A DNA stretch of 64,000 nucleotides from Gnetum montanum (lineage: Eukaryota; Plantae; Gnetophyta): assembly GCA_015680685.1 (NCBI GenBank), contig MNCI01001254.1, forward strand, positions 67,658 to 131,657, written 5' to 3'. This document shows positions 12,750 to 22,609 of the stretch, piece after piece. The translations under genes were made by a program, and so were the position numbers. The notes beneath the pieces were generated by a model. The model saw only the letters and a program-made list of their open reading frames with translations, was not told the DNA's origin and did not search any database. How positions within the stretch are numbered: the stretch's first letter is position 1; every line of letters begins with the position of its first letter.

Positions 12750-13674
12750 TTATGCATCACTAGGGGAGTCATATATGCCATTAGAATTGACATAATTGTC
12801 TTCTAGTGGACTCCATGGATGATGAGAAGGCAGAGGAGTGAGGAAGGAGACTTGGGGTCCATCATAGATGAAATCCAAGAGTTGATATCCTGTATTATTA
12901 GCATGAGCATGCACAACCCTTTGGTTGAGCATTTTGAGATTGAGTATCGTTAGATTCTGGATGTCATGCTCCTGCCAATATTGTTCAATATCTCTCTTGT
13001 TGCTGGTGTAGACATCTCGGAAAAATGCATAGCCCCATGGGTTAGACCAATCTATTCTGTAAGTAATATAATTAACTAGATAATAATGGGGATTTTCACC
13101 ATAGGTCAGAGTGTACCATCCTCTTGCCTGGAGGTCACTATAATAGCTAAAGTCTCCACAATGTTCATTATGCCTCCTGAATAAATGTCTTGGATAAGTG
13201 GGAGAATAATACTGGGGAGCATGACCATACTTGTCCCACCATTGCCAGAAAACGTCATTGGGACCTCCCCACCTATTAATTTCTATCCTGTAATGATGAA
13301 ATGGACTTGGCTGGTACAAGGGCCAATGTAATAGACTACGGAGAGAGTAGCGTCCTTCATCATCTTCATCACCATCCTCATGAGAAGGAGGATGAGGGTC
13401 AAAATGAAGATTGGTCATTTCTACAAATGTAGTGGTGGTGATTGGAGGAATCATGGGATGGTAGGTTAGTTGCTTAATTCATCCAATATTATCTTCAAAA
13501 TGGAAGAAAGTACTAAGACTTGTGAAGTTTGCACCATAGAAAATCCTTTTAGTTTCTTGTTCTAGGGTAGGCATGTAGATTTCATTAGATCTGCAGGCTC
13601 TTATTCTTTGTGAAGACCTAAGTAACCATCCTTCTTGGGTTACAATATCTACAAAATTAAACAACAAAAAACAT
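12750..13674 (-). CDS. Viral ORF2 of unknown function (~307 aa ancestral; 234-aa intact C-terminal ORF at 13454-12750)
   Basis: ORFs 13667-13479 and 13454-12750 are in the same frame, separated by one TGA. The ATG at 13674, just after the RNase H stop, is off-frame by one T in a homopolymer. The protein is W/Y/H-rich and contains FWQWWDKYG. Confidence 0.75.
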
Positions 13675-13681
13675 CAGTAAC

Positions 13682-14614
13682 CTAACTAGAGAGTTGAAAC
13701 TCTCTGGTTAAGAAGTCTACTAGACTATTATGTTTGCCATCTATATATTCTATAGTAAATTCAAAATTGGCAAGAAATAAAGTCCATCTAATTAATCTAG
13801 TACGTGCATCCTTGTTTAATGCTTTAGAAGAAAGGTACTTGTCAAAGTGTTTTAAATCACTTCTAACCATAAAATGTTGGTTTTGAACAAATAACTTGAA
13901 TTTCTCAATACCTTTAACTATGACTAGAAGTTCCTTATGGTTGCTATGGTAGTTGAGGTGGGTAGGATTGAATTTCCCTTAGGCATATTTGCATTTTTTT
14001 ACTACATTGTCCTTTTCTTCTTTGAGGGTGGCTCCCCAAAATTCTTGTGAGGCATCTATCTCTATGATCAAGTGTTCGTCAAAAGGTAATTGTAGTTGTG
14101 GTAAATGAGAACACGGTTGTTTTATTTGAGAGACGATCTAGCTATGTTTTTGGGTCCAAGGAGAAGGATTTTGTCCTAGCTATTCATTTAGGAGCTTCTT
14201 ATCTTTGGCTAGGTCCTTATAAAATCCTAAGACATAATTTATGCATCCCAAGAATCTTTGAAGTTGTGTTTTATCTTTAAGTTCATTTGGAAACTAACTG
14301 ATAGATTCTAAGATGTGGTTTTGTAGGGCAACTATTCCTTGGCTGATTTCTAATCCTAAAAATTATATTTTTTCTTTTGCAATTTGCATTTTGGTTGGTG
14401 ATAGAACTAAACCATTTTGATCTACAAGATGAAAGAAGACTTCTAAATGTTCTAGATGTTCCTTTGGATTTTTACTCATGACAAGAATGTCATCTATATA
14501 TATCATGATAAAAGGATAAAGACTAGAAATAGAGTCCATATATTTTTGGAATATAGATGGATCTAATCCAAAGGGTAAAACTGTCCATTCATATAATCCA
14601 CCAGGAATAGTAAA
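13682..14614 (-). pseudogene. Caulimovirid RT C-terminus (copy 2) and RNase H; end of the pol region
   Basis: YIDDILV, IIEIDASQEFWGATL, YHSNHKELL, FMVRSDL, RLIRW, IEYIDGKHNSLVDFLTRE. Confidence 0.93.
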
Positions 14615-15813
14615 CCCTAATGGAGAAGCTAATATGAAATTATTGGAAATATTGTATCCTCACCATTAAATCATTAAGTGCAAATGGACACCTTCGTGGT
14701 TCATTATTTAGGGACATAGTGGATAGGATCTTGCTTGTGAAGGACCTACTTGGATAATTTATTCCAATTTGGATAATTTCAATAAGTTTTTGATTGATTT
14801 TATGCATATTCTCTATTATTCCTCCTTGAAATTATTTTGTTAATTTTATTTTTGCCTGTTCAAATCTTTTATTTGGGAATTCCAATTGCTAAGAATTTTC
14901 TTAATTTTATAAAACCTCTTTGGCTAGGCCTACAAACATTTAAAAATTAAATTTTTTAATGGAAAATGATAGTTTTTACAAAACAAGACCATTGATTATG
15001 CATTGCATCAACACTCCTTAATAACTAGCTAAATCTGAAACTAAAATTGAAATAGTTTTTTATTATGTCCTCAAACCTATAGGATCTATTAGACAAAGGA
15101 AATGTACATAGCATGCATAGCAAACACTTCATCAATAAAGTTGCCAAGTTTTCTTGGTGCTACGTCAAATAGGTCTTTTAACCTTTTAGTTATAATTTGT
15201 TATTTGTAGTGACAATGCTCTAAAATAGGACCTTGCAAAAATATGTGATGATCATTTTAGTTACTCCTTGATTGCATAGGTGACAAATTCTCTCTTCTCG
15301 TGGAGTCTTGATTGATTTACTTGTTTCAATTCTAAAATAGTGAGAGCTCAATCTTGCCTAGTTAATTTGACATCATAGATGAAGGGATATAAGAGCACAT
15401 AAATAAGATGCTTTCTTATTGAAGCCTCCACTAATATTAGTTAGGTAGAATTGTTTCTTACCTATTGGATTATCCTATATGTGCAAAAGTGTTTTATCTC
15501 TAATACATTTATGTAGCTATTTTGTATCATAATGAAGAACCTCCTCAAATCTAGCTACACACACATAGTTCATTTTTGTCATTTCTTTTAAATGAAGTTT
15601 AACCCTTTTGAGTATTCTATCATTAGCCATCAAAATATGTAATCAAGTAATCATTTACATAATACATTTGCACCTCTATCAAGATGTAATTAAAATTATG
15701 CTCAACAAATTTATTACTAAAGTTATTTCATTGCAAATTATTTTTAAAAAGTATAAAACTTGCCGATTTTTGGTCATCACAAGNCTTGAATTAAAAACGC
15801 ATATACTTTCCAT

Positions 15814-16061
15814 GGTCAAGCTTGTTCGGTAGAAAATTCAGGGAACGTGACCCTTCTCATACGGAATGCAGAAATCAGATTTCTGTCCAATACGACACGG
15901 CACTACCAGCGCATGATTTTGTTGACTCGGTACCGTAGCATTTAGTAAGAATTCATGGGATTTCGATCTTCAAACGGAAACGGCAATTACGCGGGCCACA
16001 AAATTCCAAAAAGATGAAGTAGATCACATAAATTTACGAAGAAAGGTCAATGTCCAGTCAA
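15814..16061 (+). promoter_or_regulatory. W-box cluster upstream of the LRR-RLK
   Basis: TTGAC(C/T) on either strand at 15814, 15922, 16045 and 16056, all within ~360 bp of the ATG at 16176. Confidence 0.45.
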
Positions 16062-17820
16062 ATAACTAAACATGGGCAGGGGAGTTTTGAGTTGAACTCA
16101 ACATCCACAGCAATTATGTATTATTACATTCCGACATACGCCTTTCCTTCATTCCCTTATCCTTGGAACATCACAATGGCCTCCTTCTCCTTCTCCTCCT
16201 CCTTTGCTGCTGCTGCTTCTCTTTGCCTTCTTCTTTGTTTGTGCTTTTTCTTTCTCTTTCTCTTCTTTGCTGCTGCTGCTGAAGCTTGCACCCATCATGA
16301 TCATGATGGAGCTGTGAATGATATGAGAGCATTGATTCAATTTAAGAAATGCATCACCAATGATCCACTCTCTCTTCTCCACCATTGGGATGATCATGAC
16401 ACCAACATATGCAATTGGACTGAAATCAGCTGCTCCCCCAAACATCAAGGTCAAGTTGTCGAGATTGTTCTGGAATGGCTCTCTGCTTGGATCTCTTTCT
16501 CCCCACCTCTCCAACTTATCATTCCTGCAGGTACTTGAGGTTTACAATAACTCTTTTTCTGGTACAATCCCACCATCCCTTGGTACACTGCGGAGGCTTA
16601 AACAGTTGGATCTATGCGGCAATGAATTTGAAGGTGGGGTTTCTTATTAGATAGGAAACCTTTCTTCATTGCAATTTCTTGCTCTTTGTGCCAATTCCTT
16701 GGTTGGTGACATTCCTCGGTCTCTTGTAACACTCAAAAACCTTAAGGAGTTCAACGTTTACCAAAATCAGTTGAATGTGAAAGTCCCTTGGTGGCTGGGA
16801 GCACTCCACAAACTTGAATCCATTTGCCTGGGTCAGAACAACATTCACGGCATCATTCCTGCTCAACTGGGCAACCTTTCTTTCTTGCAACATATTAATC
16901 TTGCTTTCAATCATTTGAACGGTTTCATTCCTTGCTCACTTGCCAGTCTCTAACGTCTCGCTCGAGTATCGCTTGGCAAAAACAATCTGAGTGGAACCAT
17001 TCCCCCCTGTTTATGCAACCTCACAGCTCTTATAACTCTAGTATTCTCTAGTAACAATTTGCATGGTCATCTTTTCACCTGGCTGGGCAGCTTTAACAAA
17101 CTAGAGCAATTGGGTTTAGCTGCGAATGGATTCATGGCGAACATCCCACACTCATGGCACAATCTCACCCAGCTCCAAGATGTGGACTTGTCCACCAACA
17201 GATTGTTGGGAATGCCACCATCATGGTTGGCAGCATGCTGGACTCAACTCATGATTCTCAATCTCGGCAACAACTACTTTACCAATGGAGTGAGCAGGCC
17301 CAGGCAACCTATTCCAATCCTCCTAACTCTATCCAATTCCTCTCTTCTAACTACTATAGGAATATATAGAAACCTTTTAATGGGAACTTTACCGCCCAAC
17401 TTTGGGACCTCCTTGCCCAATCTTCAGCGTCTGGGTTTATCTGAAAATTTTATCTCTGGCAACATCCCTCCCAGTGTAGGAAACTTTTCATCTCTTTTCA
17501 AGCTTCAACTGAGTGGTAATGAAATCAGTGGTACCATTCCTCCTCAAATTGCAAATTTGAAGTCATTGCAGTCACTGCAAAGAATTGCTCTTCAAAGAAA
17601 GAAGCTAAAAGGCCACCTTCCCACTGAGATATCACTGTTGAATAAGTCACTTGGCTATCTCTATCTCTCAAATAATATGTTGTTTGGTTCTATTCCCGTT
17701 GGCATTGGAAAACTGGTCAATCTGCGGGAGCTGCATCTCTATAGGAATCTGCTGTCAGGACAAATTCCTTCAGAGATAGGAGACTGCCCTGTTCTTGAGG
17801 ACCTTGTACTATCAGTAAAC

Positions 17821-19076
17821 CTATGCGCCGCCGGAGATTCAGGATTCCGACAAATGTTGCGTCGGATTGGAGAGTACGTACAGAAGCGCATTAAATTCGC
17901 AATTCGCAATGGGTAAGTTTTACTTAATTTTGAATGAAATTTTGTTGAATTTGTACTTGTACATTGACATGGTCGCCTGCCTTGCCTCGTTTTGTTCTTG
18001 CCTTTTTTAGTGATGTCTGCATTTTGCATTAAAATCTTACGTATCTTTTCCTGTTCTGAATCATACCAAAAATTTCATTTCATTGTTAAGTGGCAAATAA
18101 GCAATCAAGATTCATGGCATCGGCATGAGACGGAGCACAGAAAACAAGGGAGCACCAATAAGTAAACAAACACTACGGGAACCGAAGGCCAAGGGGCAAG
18201 TATGGGTCATACGGAAATCAAGTTTTGGACGGGGCGTGCCAGGAAAACATTGCATTTGCATGGATTGGCCTGCCTTTGGGAGCGTCAAAGGTTCAGCCAT
18301 GACTCACACATTCACGCGTGTCTATTCTTCATTGCTGGTTTTTGCTCTTTTTCTCGTATCTCCGCTGAAAAAAAAAAAACAAAACAGGGTCATCGTCATG
18401 GGTCATGAGTCATGAACATGATGACGGATGGATGCTTGGTCAACTATTTTGAAAATCTGCTTGCTTATAAAGCAACAAAGCCCACCAGCAGATGGCCAAT
18501 AGCCATATGCAAGCTGATGGTGCTCTGTTTTTACTTTCCCCTTCATCATGACTAGTGCCGATTTTTCAGCTTCTCAAAGGTTTTCGATCATTGTAGGTGA
18601 GGTGAGTTCCTGGCTCTGCCTAGTTTAGCAGACCTGATTTGTTATAAATTTGGTTGAGGCTTGAGGCTTAATTTCATTTTTGGAAAATATTGGATTGAGT
18701 AACAAAGGGGTTTCATTTTATTGCTGTCATTTTGGTTGTTGCAGAAATTATATGTTTGGCCAGAAATGGATTCAATGCCCTCCATACCTTTGCAAATTTT
18801 CTTGCTTCAATTTAATGGTGTGGTGATATAGCAATCTTCTGTGAAATTTTTAACCAGTAACAATATTTTGGATTTACATTGTTCTATATTTTACAATGTA
18901 TTTTTATGATATATGAGATTTAATTTTTTTAAAAACTAATATATTTAAATTTTCTCTATCACATCCTCGGCTACAAACCCGTCCCCACTTTTCTTGAGGC
19001 ACACAGAGCCAAACACGTTCAGAATCATGAATCCTGGATTCCTCGCTTCCACGAATCGGATTCTTTTGATGCATAG
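17821..19076. mobile_element. Non-autonomous TIR DNA element (1256 bp; hAT-like 8-bp TSD), copy 1, inside an LRR
   Basis: Termini CTATGC...GCATAG, flanked by cagtaaac (17813-17820) and ctgcaaac (19077-19084). Removing it rejoins LEDLVLSxNNLS..IPPEVAGL. Subterminal GATTC/GAATC motifs. An inverted homolog lies at 33300-34743. Confidence 0.85.
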
Positions 19077-22000
19077 CTGCAAACAATCTGTCGGTCCATT
19101 CCACCAGAGGTTGCCGGTCTCAAAACCATTGTATTCAATTTTGATTTGTCGGCAAATGGTTTGACAGGAAAAGTACCTCCGGGAATAGAAGGATTACAGA
19201 TGGCACAATATATAAATCTTTCAAGCAACATCACATCTTACATGTATGGCTGGTTAGATGCCAGCCAAATCAATCAGTTTTAATCATTTCAGTGGCAACG
19301 TTTCCAAATCAATGGGGAATAAGCTCACCCAGCTTGAAAGCATAGATCTGTCTGGTGACAACTTTACCGGACCTGTGCCTACGTCCCTGTTCAATCATTC
19401 CAACCTCTATTTTTTGAACTTTTCCAACAACTACTTTGATGGAGAAGTGCCCTGTCTGCACAGTTCTTCCTCGAAGCTAAGATTGACAGCACGGTCGTTT
19501 CTTGGTAATTTGAATTTATGTGGAAGATGTTTTGGCATGAAAGGTTGTCTACCGTCTCCTACGCAGCAACACGTGTTTTATTTTAAAGAAACCAGTATTC
19601 TGAAAATCGCGCTTGGCATTCTAGGTCGCCTTTTACTGCTGGTTGTTGCAGCGATTTCATTTATTTTTACAAGATTCAAAACATCCAAAGGGCAAAATCT
19701 ATGGGTAAGTGAAAAATTCTTAGGGATATCTGTGGAGGAACTTCAAAGGGCATCGGACAATTTCAGTGATTCAGGTGAAGGCAGCCATGGAAAAGTCTAC
19801 GGGTATTTTAACCTCCGGGTTTGGGTTGCTGGTTCATGCTTTACGGAAAGTGAGACAGCGCAACATTTTGAAGATTATCACTGTGGTGTGGTCTGAGCAA
19901 TTAAAAGCCCTGGTAATGCCGTCCATGAGTCATGGAAATCTCCATTTTCTTCTGTCTTCACAGTAGAGAAGATGGTCGATTGACTCCATTAAATTTGGCA
20001 ATCACAGTGAAAACATTACGAGAGTTACATTACGAGAGTTAGCTAAGGGGCTTATTTATTTGCATCATGATTGTGAATTTTAGGTCATTCACTGTGACAT
20101 CAAGCCAGCGAATGTACTATTGGATGACAATATGACTATCAAGCTCTTTGATTTTGGAATATCTCGGCTGATGGGATACTTTGACTATTGTTGATGCACA
20201 AATTTTGGACATGTCGCCAACACTTGTGAAAACTCGTTTTAGGAGACTATCGCTTAGGGCACCTCCCGTATGGGTACGGAAACCCAGGAATAGTCTTAGC
20301 TGGAAAGGGCTATGTGACAAAACAATAATAACAATATTTTAAACAAAATATTAAAGGCTTTAAATTTAATAAGAATATTGAAAAGAGTACAATAAATAAT
20401 TCAAAATAAAATGCAAAAAAATAATATTGAAAACTGTAAAAGTTATCTGCCACCGCGGCTGCTTCTGCGTTTGGAGATGGCAGAGAGAAAAATCTGTCCT
20501 GTTGTTTGAAAACAAATAAATAAAGAACAAAACGATGTGCATACAACTTGTCTCTGCAAGGTTTCTGTTTATAGGCAGAAAGAAAGACTTCTATTGACAC
20601 CTCTCACGTTGTTCGCGTTGGCACCGCCGCTGTTGGGCATTGGTCTCTGCCGCGTGGGCAAAAAAGAAAAAGAAAAGAAAAGAAAACGTGTCTGTTTCTG
20701 TCTGAGAAAACAGAAAATTGTCGTTCAACAATTGCTACTGCAGGGCAAGCACATTGTCATCTGCAATCTACCTGCAATTGCTGTTGATGTTCACCATCAG
20801 TTTCACGCTCCTGTCGTGTTCTGCTGCCTGCTGGTAGAAAAGAGAAGACTGCTGAAAATGCCTCTGCTGTCGGTGTTGCCTGCCAGTAGAACAAAAAATG
20901 ATCGCTGTAGACTCTTCGGCTCCTCCCCCTGTTTATGTGAATTGACAGGGTATTTATAGGGTTGGACCAGGCTCGGGCACGAAATTCAAAAATGGAATCA
21001 ACAGCTGTGAGATGAGAGGAAAGTAGATCTAGCGACATGTGTCCCATGGATAGTTCGCACGAGTTGGATGTGTGTTGGATAGTTGCATTCTTTGACCAAG
21101 TTCAATGTATCTGTGTTGAATAGTTGTGCATGAGTTGGATGTGTGTTGGATAGTTGCATTCTTTGACCAGGTACATTGCATTTTACAATTTATGGGTTAT
21201 TCAAACCCATGAAAGTACATTTAATTTAGACCATGGGGGCTTGACATGTCAATACTGTACAACTTCTGATTTTTTTGTGATGTTAAACTTGTTCAAACAA
21301 GGCTCTATGCTTAGCATGGGGGAGGTTGGCCTCAACACTTAGCCCCCAAACAACAGATTGCATGCAAGTGCAAGAACTAGAAAATTTTGAATAAAAATGC
21401 AACAGATGGAAAAAAAAACAACATGAAACAAGAAATGCAAATTTGAAAGGAAACTAAAATGTTCTAAACATGATCAAAATAACCAAATAATCGAAAGAGA
21501 CACCGATATAGGCCATTCAAACAACCATTAAAATCTAAAAATATAATTTATTATTATTTTAACTAAGATTTATAGATATATATATGTAATTATATATATA
21601 TATGTAGATATGTGCGTAAGCTCTCATTCTCAATATTCTCATAAGGTAACAGTAAAAGTATGCAGACTATTTTGAGCAAGTGATTTATACAAAACTTAAT
21701 GAGGAGGATGAGCTAAAACTCATGTTAGATCATAGTAAGCCACAACTTTCAGATTTTTCCTTGGTTTTTTTTTTTTGAAGAACTTAAATTTAAAAGGGAA
21801 AACGGAGGTTAGGGTGAGGATTGTTGCCAGACCCCATCATGCTCAAGAACTTATTACACAGCCAATGAACATGGTCCTCATTTTTTGTTTTGTTTTTTTT
21901 AAAGGAAACTTTGCTCATGGTGTATTTCATTCTTGAGGTAGGAATTCCAACACGAGTCTGGCCGATTAGCTACATTGCCAAAGAGCATGGTCCTTTTGGA

Positions 22001-22609
22001 AACTTTGCCCATGGTATAGTTCAACCCTTGTGTATGTGCCTTTGATTGGTGGCATCATAGCAGGTCTCGTGGGTGGCTAAGGATTCTCAAGTAGAAATGA
22101 ACATACTTCACCCCATTATTCACAGGATAGCCATGGATCATCATACCTGAGGGCTTGGGCTTATGAGAGGAAAGAATAGAATTTTCCAAGGTTACCTAGT
22201 AATTATGACTAACCACTCTCTAACATCACATATCCTACACTCACATGATCATGATGATAGCATGATAAGTTTGTGTAAATCAAATGCTCCATAATCAAAC
22301 ATAACAAATAAATTGAAACCTTGGAATCAATTAGAAAGAGTTATAGTATTTATAAAATATAAAGCGGATTTTATAGCATTATATTATAGTAATAGTAAAT
22401 TATATTATACCTACATCATTTTCCAATGGTGTTAAGATGACCCAATATCAAGTAACTGAAATGACAAATGATTATTAAAATCATATGAAGAACACAATAA
22501 TCAAAACAATATGCTAAAAAAGAAATGATGAAAATGCAAACAAAATATGGAAACACAACAATATACATATGAAATGCAAAGAAAAAGGGAAAGAAAACAT
22601 GCAACTAAG

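Larger units (their letters stand above)
7293..14614 (-). mobile_element. Endogenous caulimovirid (plant pararetrovirus), circularly permuted ~1.1-unit genome, decayed
   Basis: Order from the PBS is MP, CP with zinc knuckle, aspartic protease, RT, RNase H ending ...SLVDFLTREF, ORF2, intergenic region. There is no integrase and no LTR. The ~650-bp RT/RH segment is repeated at both ends with an offset of 6673 bp. Confidence 0.95.

Noticed and set aside
7293-14614. Reading the viral insert as an LTR retrotransposon because of its terminal direct repeats
   Set aside because: The repeats are RT/RH coding sequence without TG...CA ends or a TSD. The PBS is internal, an MP is present and integrase is absent.
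14612-14620. Telomere-like AAACCCTAA at the right viral junction
   Set aside because: It is a single repeat unit partly formed by viral sequence, and is expected by chance in AT-rich DNA.
17821-19076. Helitron interpretation of the inserted element (small hairpins near an ATAG end)
   Set aside because: There is no 5' TC, no CTRR end and no A|T target. The short TIRs and 8-bp TSD fit a cut-and-paste element better.
20537-20959. 140-aa ORF (and its 121-aa twin at 26280-26645) as a gene
   Set aside because: Both lie antisense within the LTRs, have low complexity and show no domain. Their similarity is just LTR identity.
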